48,345 bases of DNA from Anaerolineales bacterium (GCA_034434415.1 DAOTZF010000172.1:1-48345), one strand, 5' to 3'; shown: positions 1 through 9,942, counted from the first letter of the stretch. Numbers and translations are program-made. Notes: a model not told the origin generated them from the letters alone.

Positions 1-213
1 TGACTGGTTGGCTTGTATTGCCGCATCCTGTCCAACGATGAAGAATGAAATCTTTAATTTCCATCCGTCGAGCAGTTTCAGAACTCGCGGGACAACCAAG
101 TCAAGGTAAGATGGGAAAGCCTCCCACCCCGGGTCACCGTGCGTTTTCATATAGGACCATTTATTATCTAGATCCAAGGAAAGACTGGCAATGGGTTTCG
201 TTTTTGAGATCAT
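1..213 (-). CDS. Polysaccharide deacetylase (CE4/NodB-like), N-terminal part, truncated by window edge
   Basis: Manual translation from ATG at 213: MISKTKPIASLSLDLDNKWSYMKTHGDPGWEAFPSYLDLVVPRVLKLLDGWKLKISFFIVGQDAA. SLDLD and SFFIVG resemble CE4 motifs; AAGGA RBS upstream; open to position 1; absent from the ORF track. Confidence 0.8.
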   Translation of the reverse strand, partial: MISKTKPIASLSLDLDNKWSYMKTHGDPGWEAFPSYLDLVVPRVLKLLDGWKLKISFFIVGQDAAIQANQS

Positions 214-356
214 TGGTTATTCCTTTTGGGTTTGCCCCAGTGAAATGGATGAACATTGAAAACGTCAGATTCTTTCAACCCGCGTGTCTTAATCACAGGG
301 TTGAGTAGAGATCGACCAAATGAATCTAGGGTATGTCGCGGCATCGAAAACAAGTC

Positions 357-1694
357 CTACATCTCCCTCTCTAGGTGTGACAATATTCGCGGGAGGGATG
401 CAAAGCTACGTTGCACCAATTCGACCAACGCCAGCCCAGCGAACGGAATTAATACTGCATCCACAGGCAGGCGATAACGGATCAACGTCCACGTGAGAAT
501 ATGAACGCCGGAGTAAACGATGGCAAAGAGGAGCATCAATCCAACCGGAGAAACAAGCAGGTCATTTCGATTCTGCTTGATGGCAAGAAACAGACCGTAA
601 AGCATAAAAGGCAGGAAGATTCCGAAACTTCCAATGCGGGAGATATTGCTCAAGGTTGAGGATTCGGGCGAGTACCAGAACATGAAATACGGCGGTATGC
701 GGCTCAACGATAACAACGCGTATCGCCCGGGATCATCCGTCACGAATTGAATGCCGCGCTTTAACAGTTCCTGGTCGAGTGCCGCTTCATCAAGATGGCG
801 GACTTCTTCAGGGATCAATTCCTGATAGGTCTCGGTCGGAAGGATGGGAATGAACTTCGTCCCGTAGATGGGATGGTTGCCCCAGAAGAATGCGTACCCC
901 GAATTGGTATTGAGCAGAACAAACCGCCCAAAGCGGGAATAGTTGAAATACGTGACCGGCAAAATAAGGAGGACAACGATGAGGAGGGATAAAACGGTCG
1001 GGGTGAGGGGCAAACCTCCCCTGCGTCGGAAACGGGCGAACCACATCCAAAGAAAAAGGAATGGAACAAACAGCAGGAAAACCTGTCGTAATAGGATGGT
1101 TATCCCGAGCGAAATGCCCAGTGCGATTCCAAGCATTGCATCTTTTTGTTTATCCGTATTTTGCGCGAGGAGCAGGGCAACATACAAGCTGAAGAGGATT
1201 GCGATGATATAGAACGGCTCAGTCATCAGCGCCGCGCCATAATAGAAGAAATACACATATACAGCGGTGATCGCAGACGCCACAAGGCCGATATTTCTCG
1301 AAAAGATCTTTTCACCGATGCGAAATGTAATGTATGGATGCAGGATACCGACAATAACGGCTTGTAAGATTCGCGCCACAAGAGGTTGAGGACCGAACAA
1401 GGAATAGACAAGCACGAGATATAACGTGTAGAGAAAACTCCAATGCGCGGTAGGTGCGCCGGCAGGGGTGATGGGCCACCACTCCTCACCAAAAGTAAAG
1501 CCAAATCCGCCCACAACACGCAAAGCGAGGTTGTGATAGGAAACCTGGTCGAAGATTCCCGGCAGTTCAACGACCGTATTCCCCATCGCAATTGCAACAA
1601 CCACGCGCAGGAAAACAGACACTGCCAGAATCAAGAACAGTGGTTGTGCAAGGATACGGTTCAATGAGGTATTGCGATTTGTTTTATGATTCAT
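357..1694 (-). CDS. GT-C fold integral membrane glycosyltransferase (PMT/ArnT-like, family 39/83)
   Basis: Many TM segments; DQVSYHNLA first loop; LMTEP; TILLRQ; C-terminal RYRLP motif. Confidence 0.8.
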   Translation of the reverse strand: MNHKTNRNTSLNRILAQPLFLILAVSVFLRVVVAIAMGNTVVELPGIFDQVSYHNLALRVVGGFGFTFGEEWWPITPAGAPTAHWSFLYTLYLVLVYSLFGPQPLVARILQAVIVGILHPYITFRIGEKIFSRNIGLVASAITAVYVYFFYYGAALMTEPFYIIAILFSLYVALLLAQNTDKQKDAMLGIALGISLGITILLRQVFLLFVPFLFLWMWFARFRRRGGLPLTPTVLSLLIVVLLILPVTYFNYSRFGRFVLLNTNSGYAFFWGNHPIYGTKFIPILPTETYQELIPEEVRHLDEAALDQELLKRGIQFVTDDPGRYALLSLSRIPPYFMFWYSPESSTLSNISRIGSFGIFLPFMLYGLFLAIKQNRNDLLVSPVGLMLLFAIVYSGVHILTWTLIRYRLPVDAVLIPFAGLALVELVQRSFASLPRILSHLEREM

Positions 1695-2913
1695 AGATCG
1701 GTTTCATGGCAGAGAGTACCGCCTGCCAGTCATATTTCGTTTCTGCGAGACGTCTCCCATGGCTGGAGAGTGTTGCTTGCAATCCGGTGTCATTCAACAA
1801 TTTGATCACGTGATCGGCAAAATCTATGGCTGTGTCTGCCACCAGCACATCCCTGCCGGGTTCGGCGTGTATGCCTTCCAACCCGACCGTCGTTGTGACG
1901 ACCGGCATCGCGTATGCGAACGCTTCAAGGATTCGGACGCGCATCCCGCCTCCAGCACGGACTGGTACCACCATCAACGCGCTTTGCTCCAGATAGGGCG
2001 GGAGTTCAGGAACATAACCCGTGATTCTCACATCATTCGGGTTGCGAGCCGCAAATTCGAGAAAATCCTGCGGTGGGTTCCTGCCAATGATGGTGAGCGT
2101 TGCATCAGGCACGCGCTCGCGAATCAGCGGGAATGCTTCGTTGAAAAACCAGCGGATACCATCTGCGTTTGGCGGATAATGCAACGTACCAAGCGTAACG
2201 ATATTTTTCGAGTCACGCTTGCGCCGAATCGGCTGCAACTGCTGTGTATCCGTTGCGATCGGCACGACCATTATTGGGGCAAGTCGCTCACGCGGCATTG
2301 TTCTCGTACTCTTCCATGCTTCTTCGAGACCAACCCGGTCTACCTCCGTGACTGCCAGTACATGGTCTACCTGCTTCAATAACTCGCCTTCGTAGCGTTT
2401 CACGCGTTTTGCTTCCACTCCAAGAATCGGTTTCAGGAACCAGCGTGCGTTCCCCTGCATCCGTTCCACGATCGTCCAAGTCGCATTGTGCGCGTCAAAG
2501 ATGACTTTGGGCTGTTTACTATTCGCCGATTTGGCACCGCGCAAGGCAAATTGCACCATGGTCAACTGGTCAGCGTGGATACAATCGTACTCACCCCGCT
2601 GCACCAGATCATTCACCAGATCCTGCATGGAGGGCAGGTCATCCCGCTCCACCAAAAACGGACGACCTGTGAGATAACTACGAATCATATAACCTGCATC
2701 CGCCAACCGCGAACGGCGGATCGGCACAGCATGGACTGTTTTACATACCTTTTCGAGCGCAGACAAATACTGTACCTCTTCTGGACGAACAAAAGATACC
2801 AAAGTTACAGAATATCCATAGCCAGCAAGGGCTCTGAGAACATGCCAGGTTTTCACACGAGGTCCCGCGTCCGGAGGAAATGGCACGATCTGGGTAAGGA
2901 ATAGAATGTTCAT
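1684..2913 (-). CDS. Glycosyltransferase family 4 (GGGxRxxILE subtype)
   Basis: MNILFLTQIVPFPPDAG N-terminus, PNADGIRWF, VPVRAGGGMRVRILEAFA. Start moved to ATG 2913 because the track start lies inside a repeat element. Confidence 0.9.
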   Translation of the reverse strand: MNILFLTQIVPFPPDAGPRVKTWHVLRALAGYGYSVTLVSFVRPEEVQYLSALEKVCKTVHAVPIRRSRLADAGYMIRSYLTGRPFLVERDDLPSMQDLVNDLVQRGEYDCIHADQLTMVQFALRGAKSANSKQPKVIFDAHNATWTIVERMQGNARWFLKPILGVEAKRVKRYEGELLKQVDHVLAVTEVDRVGLEEAWKSTRTMPRERLAPIMVVPIATDTQQLQPIRRKRDSKNIVTLGTLHYPPNADGIRWFFNEAFPLIRERVPDATLTIIGRNPPQDFLEFAARNPNDVRITGYVPELPPYLEQSALMVVPVRAGGGMRVRILEAFAYAMPVVTTTVGLEGIHAEPGRDVLVADTAIDFADHVIKLLNDTGLQATLSSHGRRLAETKYDWQAVLSAMKPIYES

Positions 2914-2930
2914 CGGGAAATTAAATTTCA

Positions 2931-2998
2931 GCCACGGACCTTCACCAGATTCACACGGACGCATCGATCTATCCGTGAAAATCCGTGGGATCCGTGGC
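2931..2998. repeat. Intergenic palindromic element built from CACGGA / ATCCGTG units
   Basis: GCCACGGA (2931-2938) pairs with TCCGTGGC (2991-2998); three ATCCGTG copies at about 2971, 2981 and 2990. Confidence 0.7.
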
Positions 2999-3020
2999 GT
3001 ATAGAATACGACGAAAAACG

Positions 3021-3974
3021 CTATTTCAAGTTAAGACACAATGACATTACGTCAAGGTTCGAGCGTAATTCCTTCTTCGCCTGATCGTTCTTCGAAGGAA
3101 CAAAAAAGCCAAGGCACCAAACCAGCAATTTCATTATGCTCATTACAAAGAACAGCAGGCGCAGGAAAAAGGTGCTTACAAATCCATAATTTTTTTTGTA
3201 GAACATCATCTTGCCGCGATAGACCATTTTTCGCCGCTTCCAGCGGTCCATGCTCCGCCCGCCAAAGTGGATGATCGATGAATTCGGCAGGAAAAACACC
3301 TTCCAGCCCGCTTTGTTCAGGCGGAATTGCAAATCCGCTTCATCGCCGTATATGAAATAACTTTCATCAAGTAAACCGATCTCGTCGAGGGCGGCGCGGC
3401 GCACCAGCAGGCACGCCGAACTCATCCAACCCGTCGCCTTGATCTCGTTCGAATCCCCGTGGGAAGGATAGCCCGGCCAGATCAATTCGCCGATGCGTGT
3501 GACGATGAGAAATTCTTCCAAGAAGGTGGAGAAGGGGGCAAATCCTGATTGAAACGAACCGTCAGGATTCAACAACTTCCCAGCCGCCGCGCCCGCATCG
3601 GGATGAGTATCCAAGAATTCCACGAGCACATCCAGAGCAGGTCCGTTCACAAGCGTATCGTTATTCAACAGTAAAACATATCGCCCATTCGTTGCCTCGA
3701 TACCCTGGTTGCTGGCTTTACCCAACCCGACATTTCCCGAGTTCTGGATCAACTTTACCTGCGGGTATTGTTGCGCCAGCATCTGCTGGCTGCCGTCGGT
3801 GGAACCGTTATCCACGACAACGACATCGAACGAACTCTTCAACCCGCCCTCAAACAGGGATTTCAAACATGGGTCAAGATACGCTTTGTTGTTCCAACAC
3901 ACCAAAACAATGGACATGTCCACGTTAGTATCGCCTCTCCTCCCGACCTTCGGCTTGCTCATCGTTTCCTGCAT
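3021..3974 (-). CDS. Glycosyltransferase family 2 (WbbL/rhamnosyltransferase-like)
   Basis: VVVDNGSTDGS, NVGLGKASNQG, LLLNNDT, LDESYFIYGDEADL, HFGGRS. Confidence 0.9.
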   Translation of the reverse strand: MQETMSKPKVGRRGDTNVDMSIVLVCWNNKAYLDPCLKSLFEGGLKSSFDVVVVDNGSTDGSQQMLAQQYPQVKLIQNSGNVGLGKASNQGIEATNGRYVLLLNNDTLVNGPALDVLVEFLDTHPDAGAAAGKLLNPDGSFQSGFAPFSTFLEEFLIVTRIGELIWPGYPSHGDSNEIKATGWMSSACLLVRRAALDEIGLLDESYFIYGDEADLQFRLNKAGWKVFFLPNSSIIHFGGRSMDRWKRRKMVYRGKMMFYKKNYGFVSTFFLRLLFFVMSIMKLLVWCLGFFVPSKNDQAKKELRSNLDVMSLCLNLK

Positions 3975-3977
3975 CGT

Positions 3978-4727
3978 TTACTCCTCCCGGTATTTTTTAT
4001 CGAGATCGGCAATTTCCTCGTATGTGCCTAGATCAATATATGTGCCATTCTTCATGTGCACACCTTTAAACTTCATCCCTGAAGTGATCCCGTCATTCAT
4101 GATCTTTGCAAAATCTGAGATGCCTTCTTCGTACACGCACTTGTGCAAATACTCGGTGAACTTCGGACGCCATACAATACACCCCCACATCTCGGTCAAA
4201 TCAGTCTGCCTGGGCTTGTCCACGATCTCAATCACTCGGCTGTCTCCATCCATCTTTACCATACCGAACTTTTCAGGTCGGTCTGTGGTGAACATGCCGA
4301 ACAGCACATCGTCATCAGATGAGGCAGCTTCGTGAACACGCTTGAAAATGTCGTTCGGTTGCATCAATGTATCAGCCATACCAAAGAATACCGTTTTCTC
4401 CTTGATCAAGTGATACGCGGAATCCAATGCATGGGCAAGCCCGGGCGAAGTGGATTTCGTCTTTCCCTCCACCACCTCCTGCACCACATAGCTGATATCA
4501 CATCCGAAGCGTTGTCCGCTCCCAAAATACCCCATCAGCTGGTGCTTGGTCTCGTTGACCACGAACACAATGTGCTTTAAGCCCGCGTTCGTCAGGTTAT
4601 CTACAACGAATTGCGAGATGGGTTTGTAATGATTATTTCGAATGACAGGATATAACTCTTTCGGATACGGTAAACCCAACCGAACACCCTTCCCTGCCGC
4701 GGGAATCAAGCCAATTAATTCTTCCAT
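3978..4727 (-). CDS. Sugar-phosphate nucleotidyltransferase (RmlA/HddC-like)
   Basis: LIPAAGKGVRL..PKEL signature, ISYVVQE, GLAHA, IVDKP, YIDLGT. Confidence 0.85.
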   Translation of the reverse strand: MEELIGLIPAAGKGVRLGLPYPKELYPVIRNNHYKPISQFVVDNLTNAGLKHIVFVVNETKHQLMGYFGSGQRFGCDISYVVQEVVEGKTKSTSPGLAHALDSAYHLIKEKTVFFGMADTLMQPNDIFKRVHEAASSDDDVLFGMFTTDRPEKFGMVKMDGDSRVIEIVDKPRQTDLTEMWGCIVWRPKFTEYLHKCVYEEGISDFAKIMNDGITSGMKFKGVHMKNGTYIDLGTYEEIADLDKKYREE

Positions 4728-4742
4728 GGGAACCTTATGCGT

Positions 4743-6134
4743 TTATGAAGTTTTTTCTTTCAGGTAGATTTGTTGAATACTGACTAGCCCCCCAAAGAAT
4801 ATCCACGGGAGGATACTAGCTCTGAAACCTTCCAGGCCAATATTGTAAGCAAAGGGTAGCACCCAATCCACCAGGAATGCAGCAACCACCACACCTGCCA
4901 ATCCGCCAATCATGCAATAAATGTAAGCTCGCGAGAACCCATCCTTTAGTTTATCCTTGAGAAACCACGCCAACAAACCAATCTCGAACAATATCCATAG
5001 GAAGGAAAGTAAACCTGCAATTCCGGTTTGGGCGATTATGTCAACGTATTGGCTGTGTGAATTAAATTGAAGGTAATAACCGCGAAGATTGAATAGTGAT
5101 GCATACCAGTAATAATTGGCAAAACCGAGCCCAAACAACGGACTCGTTCGGCTGATATCCAAAACAACCAGCCAGGCATCTATGCGAGTGTCCCAACTAT
5201 ATTGATCAGTCGAAATGAGTTCCTGCGCAACTATGCCACCATAAATTAAAGCAAGTGGAATACCCAACAGGATGAGTTTCGGGTAGCGCAAGGCAACAAG
5301 CACCATAGCAGCAACTGCCGCAGGCACCCAGCCGGATTTCCAATCATTCTGCTGAACAAATGCAACAAAAAATGTAAAAACAAAAATAATAAATAACAGA
5401 ATCCGGTTCCGCCAGCTTAGCTCATCATTGAACAGCACTTGTCCCAAGGTAATGGCAACCATCCACATCCAAAACATGCTGTTAGCATAAATGCCCTCTT
5501 GATAGATCGCATCAACAAGATCAAGATTTACGGCATTTCCTAACACATAAACCGCCCCTAACCCAATAAACGTCCACACAATGTATTTCAGCCATTTGAT
5601 ATCTTTGATCAGGTTAGCCGTCATGATCATTGTGGCGAGGGAAAAGAAATAGATTGCGAAACCACCTAATTGGGCATCGAACGGAGCCTGCTGGCCGAAC
5701 GCAAACCACGCAACCTGCCCCAACCCAAAAGCCACGATGGACACTGCCATCAAGTAAATTACGGGTCGGATCGCCCGTGAACTAATGAAATTGAATTCCC
5801 TCTTGACAATGAACATATCCGCCAGCCAGAGAGCGCAAATCAGAATCACTGTCAAAATGGAGGCATTGAAACCGCCCGGTCCGGAAAAGGGTACGAACAT
5901 GCCCCCGAAAAGGAGAATGAAATACCCCAATCTCAATTCTCGCATCAGAATCAACAAGCCCGTCAGCCCCACCAAAACGGCAAAAATACCCAAGAACATC
6001 AGCTCTGTACCCCAATATGCAAGCACAAGAGTCACCATCATAGTGGCAACGATAATCATATACCGGACAGCCCTCTTATCCAGTGAGACCCTGCGATGGA
6101 AAGAGAAAAAACGAAGATCGAAGTTGATGTTCAT
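4743..6134 (-). CDS. O-antigen ligase / Wzy_C family membrane protein
   Basis: About 12 TM segments; RIDAW..SPLFGLGFANY; NSHSQYVDIIAQTGIAG. Confidence 0.8.
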   Translation of the reverse strand: MNINFDLRFFSFHRRVSLDKRAVRYMIIVATMMVTLVLAYWGTELMFLGIFAVLVGLTGLLILMRELRLGYFILLFGGMFVPFSGPGGFNASILTVILICALWLADMFIVKREFNFISSRAIRPVIYLMAVSIVAFGLGQVAWFAFGQQAPFDAQLGGFAIYFFSLATMIMTANLIKDIKWLKYIVWTFIGLGAVYVLGNAVNLDLVDAIYQEGIYANSMFWMWMVAITLGQVLFNDELSWRNRILLFIIFVFTFFVAFVQQNDWKSGWVPAAVAAMVLVALRYPKLILLGIPLALIYGGIVAQELISTDQYSWDTRIDAWLVVLDISRTSPLFGLGFANYYWYASLFNLRGYYLQFNSHSQYVDIIAQTGIAGLLSFLWILFEIGLLAWFLKDKLKDGFSRAYIYCMIGGLAGVVVAAFLVDWVLPFAYNIGLEGFRASILPWIFFGGLVSIQQIYLKEKTS

Positions 6135-6251
6135 TTCTGTTCACCAAACCTTTCAGACTCTATCAGCATTTCGATGGGAACGAATACCCTTGCCATGCTA
6201 AACATATCCATTCTCAAGCAAATACCTTATTTAAGGATAACACGGTTAAAC

Positions 6252-7430
6252 CTACAATGAGTTGAAACTTTGCAACAAAACTTCAAACGATTTACTCATC
6301 ACTTCGAAACTATATTTTTCCCTGACGAGCCTGCCCCCTTCCTCGGATAGCCTATCTCGAAGACCAGGATCCTCAAGAATACGAACTGCAGACTCAGCAA
6401 AGCCAAGGGGATCATCCGCCAGCAACACATTTTTTCCATGCACGACTTCCAGCCCTTCCGCCCCTTTGCTTGTACTAACCACAGGGATTCCTAATGCAAG
6501 GGATTCGAGTATTTTGAGGCGTGTACCACCGCCACTCCAAAGCGGAGCAACCGCCACCATCGAGGAGGCGAGAAGGGGCCGAACATCATCAACATGACCA
6601 GCAAGGGTAATCTGTTGATTTGACGGCAAGGGCAAATCTGCATGATCACCTGTGATAATCAAATGCGCCGATGGGATCTTTTGTAGAATCAGCGGAAAGA
6701 CCCTTCCGACGAACCACTGCATCGCCTCATAGTTTACAGGATAACGAAATGAGCCAGTAAATATCAATCTTCCAGGAATTGGCTTAACGTGCACTTTCTT
6801 GTAATCATCTACGTTCAAGCAATTGGGAATTACAACGACCTTCTGCCTTCCGGGAAAATATTGCGATACCTGCTCCGCTTCCTTATCGGAAACAACCGTG
6901 ATTGCTTGAAAAAAATTGAATAGCTTTGCAAGATAATGACGGAGTTTCACCCAAGTTATTTTTCGTCGCAGATAATCTTTGTAACCCATTTGTGGGTACA
7001 TATCAGGTAAAGTTAACCCGATTTCAAGTTCCTCAAAAATCGAGGGTGTATTTTTAAAATATGGATAATATGCAGCCATGGATAATTGTGATGCGATTAC
7101 AAGATCATAACGACGATCTTTCAGTAAAGTTGAAATCTTTTCTGCCATCTCGGGAGAAAATGTATCAACTATCGAGCGAGGCTTTAAACTCAAAAATCCT
7201 AACCTAGCTCGAACGCTTTTCGGATTATATTCCCGCCACGGGACAATATGCAAATCCGAACAAATGGACAGAACTTCCAACGCTTCGCTCTCACTTTGTG
7301 TCTGATCGCTGAAACTCAGCAAAGTCACTTCGTGATTGGATTTCAACGCGCGCAAAAGGTTATAAATTCTCAGTTTGGAGCCGTTGCTAGGTGGGTAAGG
7401 GAACCAACGCGAAAGAAAAAGAATCTTCAT
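6252..7430 (-). CDS. Glycosyltransferase family 4 (paralog of 1684..2913)
   Basis: MKILFLSRWFPYPPSNG, VNYEAMQWF, APLWSGGGTRLKILES. Confidence 0.9.
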   Translation of the reverse strand: MKILFLSRWFPYPPSNGSKLRIYNLLRALKSNHEVTLLSFSDQTQSESEALEVLSICSDLHIVPWREYNPKSVRARLGFLSLKPRSIVDTFSPEMAEKISTLLKDRRYDLVIASQLSMAAYYPYFKNTPSIFEELEIGLTLPDMYPQMGYKDYLRRKITWVKLRHYLAKLFNFFQAITVVSDKEAEQVSQYFPGRQKVVVIPNCLNVDDYKKVHVKPIPGRLIFTGSFRYPVNYEAMQWFVGRVFPLILQKIPSAHLIITGDHADLPLPSNQQITLAGHVDDVRPLLASSMVAVAPLWSGGGTRLKILESLALGIPVVSTSKGAEGLEVVHGKNVLLADDPLGFAESAVRILEDPGLRDRLSEEGGRLVREKYSFEVMSKSFEVLLQSFNSL

Positions 7431-8668
7431 GTCTTTGCGGTTGAAACCAGATGAGCACCAATTTCTTCGGTCATGCGCTGGATGTCAAACTTGCTTATGG
7501 CAGTTTGTCGAGCGGATTCCGCCAGCCGCTTGCGAAGTTCAGGTGCTTCGACCAATCTTTTAATCTGCGCTGCCAATTTCAGTGGATCATCGGGAGGAAA
7601 GGTCAGCGCATTCTCATTCTCCATTAAAACCTCTCCTGCTCCACCAACCCGGGTACCAATAATCGAAACTCCCGAAGCCATTGCTTCCACGAGTACGCGC
7701 CCAAATGGCTCTGCCCAGATAGATGTGAAAAGAAATATATCAACATTTCCGTATAATGACGGCAGCGACTCCTTGGGCTGGGCTGGGGTTATTTGCACAA
7801 ACTTCTCAAGACCCTCTTTCGCTACCAAATTTCGGAGGAAAACCTCATAATCAGACTCGCCATCCCCAACAATTATCAACCGGATATTTTGTAGCGCATG
7901 TGTGTGCACTAAACATCCAACCGCCTGAATAGCCGTATGAACTCCTTTTTCCCTGGATAGCCTACCGACGAACAATAAGGAGATGATATCCTTTTCATTC
8001 CTCTCTTTTCGATGGCTTTGAAGATACACTTGAGTGTCAATCGCACCATAAACCACTTGTGCCTTTCGAATTTTTACCTGTTTCCTTTCAAACTCATCAA
8101 GCATGAATTTTGAGGGAAAGAGAACACATTCAAAGCGCAACGAGGGTCGTATTTCACCAGCAAGGATGGTCTTAGCAACAGGTTTTAAGAACCCTTTTGG
8201 AATTCCTGTCAATATATTCCGTGCAGGAGCATCCCAAAATCCTTCAAACGGACTGGGAAGCATAGGCCAATAGTCGCCCATATAATACACCACACGATTT
8301 CCCATGCGGTCTTCTAGCAAGGCAGGGATAGAATGGTGCAAATTCCACATCCCCCAAATCAACACAGCATCCGGCTTAACCTTGTCAAGGAGATTTCTTA
8401 CACGGGAAAGATTATCACGCTCCCGTTTTACCCTGTGGGTAAAAAACTGAAAAGCATTCTTGAGCGATGCTATCTCCAATTCAAGATGGAGGATACGATG
8501 AATCCACTTCGGTTCGACGATATTCAATTGTGACAATCGATAAGTACTGGTCAATATATGAACTGTATGACCGCGTTCCATTAGCCCTTCTGCCACCTCC
8601 TGGCACCATTGCTCATAGCCTCCTCGACTGGCAGGCGGGTAAAAATTTGAGACAAACAGGAATCTCAT
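7427..8668 (-). CDS. Glycosyltransferase family 4
   Basis: NFYPP..GGYE, FVGRLSREKG, EPFGRVLVEAMASG (EX7E); 4-bp overlap with next gene. Confidence 0.92.
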   Translation of the reverse strand: MRFLFVSNFYPPASRGGYEQWCQEVAEGLMERGHTVHILTSTYRLSQLNIVEPKWIHRILHLELEIASLKNAFQFFTHRVKRERDNLSRVRNLLDKVKPDAVLIWGMWNLHHSIPALLEDRMGNRVVYYMGDYWPMLPSPFEGFWDAPARNILTGIPKGFLKPVAKTILAGEIRPSLRFECVLFPSKFMLDEFERKQVKIRKAQVVYGAIDTQVYLQSHRKERNEKDIISLLFVGRLSREKGVHTAIQAVGCLVHTHALQNIRLIIVGDGESDYEVFLRNLVAKEGLEKFVQITPAQPKESLPSLYGNVDIFLFTSIWAEPFGRVLVEAMASGVSIIGTRVGGAGEVLMENENALTFPPDDPLKLAAQIKRLVEAPELRKRLAESARQTAISKFDIQRMTEEIGAHLVSTAKT

Positions 8669-8674
8669 CGAATT

Positions 8675-9934
8675 TTATGCGACCTTCGAAAAGTTCGACC
8701 GAATCACATTGAGGAGGTAGGTTTCAATTCCTGCAACCATGTTATCCAATGAAAATTTCCCCAATGCAAGAGCCTTACCCCGGCGAATTAATTCTCCCGT
8801 ATCTTTGGATCCGCTCAATAGGAGGGCGATTCGAGATGCCAAAGCACCGGCATCACCCGCTGGGTAAAGGAGATCGCCATCATACTCTGCAAAGATTTCC
8901 CTGCTTCCCCCCACATCCGAGCCGATGACAATCAGATTGGCGAGCATTGCTTCGATGATCGTTCTCCCAAATGGCTCGGGCCATATTGATGTGAAAAGGA
9001 AAACATCGAACTGACTCAATACGGCGGGGACAGCATCCCGTGAAATTTTTCCAGCAAATTTGACCTGGTCGCCGAGCCCGGATTCAGAAACCATCGAATG
9101 TAATCGGGCTTCATATTCAGGATGACCACTACCCAACACGGTCAATTGAACATGATTAGCAAGGTCCTGCGTTTTAAGAATATTAAGTGCCTGAATCGCT
9201 GTATGAACCCCTTTATCTTCGATTAGACGCCCAAAATAAATCATCCGAAGGGGCTTCACTCCAGACAGTTGAGATAATTTTGCGCTGGTGAAAAATGGCG
9301 CCGGATCAATCCCAATATGTAACACCCCGGATTCTGGAGGTATTGCGCCAGCCATCACCAACCTGCTTTTTACATATTCGCTGCAACACAATGTTCTACT
9401 GAATTTTAGAGAAGGAGGATATTGATCCATCTTTAATTTCGAAAAGGCAAGAGAGCGCAGGGGTCTTTTGAATTGCTCGGCAATCCATCTCCTGGCTGTC
9501 AAACGCCAGTAGATGCGATGTGGATCCTCGTCTGTTGGCCAATAGGACGCAATATAATAGACAACCTGCGCCGGCATCCATCTTTCAAGCCAATATGGAA
9601 GATTCAAAGACAGCAAATACATTCCCCAAATAACTACAACGTCGGGTGTGAAACTCTCAACGACAGATTGCAATTGAAAGAGATTAAACTTTTCCTGCGC
9701 AGGCCATCTTAGAAAAAAATCAGCCGGGCGATAGTAATTCAAATCTGCCTGTAGGTATAAGGATCTGATCACATCTTCTTCGCCATTTGAAGATGCCTCG
9801 ACGCCATAACGAGAGGTCAGGATCTTTACAGAGTGACCTCGATTCTTCAACCCCTCTGCAACTTCCTGGCATATTTGCTCATAACCCCCAATGTCGTATG
9901 GAGGATACATATTGGTGAGAAAAAGAACACGCAT
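8675..9934 (-). CDS. Glycosyltransferase family 4 (tandem paralog of 7427..8668)
   Basis: NMYPP..GGYEQICQEVAEGL, FGRLIEDKG, EPFGRTIIEAM. Confidence 0.92.
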   Translation of the reverse strand: MRVLFLTNMYPPYDIGGYEQICQEVAEGLKNRGHSVKILTSRYGVEASSNGEEDVIRSLYLQADLNYYRPADFFLRWPAQEKFNLFQLQSVVESFTPDVVVIWGMYLLSLNLPYWLERWMPAQVVYYIASYWPTDEDPHRIYWRLTARRWIAEQFKRPLRSLAFSKLKMDQYPPSLKFSRTLCCSEYVKSRLVMAGAIPPESGVLHIGIDPAPFFTSAKLSQLSGVKPLRMIYFGRLIEDKGVHTAIQALNILKTQDLANHVQLTVLGSGHPEYEARLHSMVSESGLGDQVKFAGKISRDAVPAVLSQFDVFLFTSIWPEPFGRTIIEAMLANLIVIGSDVGGSREIFAEYDGDLLYPAGDAGALASRIALLLSGSKDTGELIRRGKALALGKFSLDNMVAGIETYLLNVIRSNFSKVA

Positions 9935-9942
9935 TTCGACAT

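Noticed and set aside
275..304. Hairpin TCAACCC...GGGTTGA as terminator or riboswitch
   Set aside because: No U-tract on the minus strand and no riboswitch consensus recognised.
45..477. Plus-strand ORFs 45..308 and 256..477
   Set aside because: Antisense to the deacetylase and GT-C genes; no recognisable motifs.
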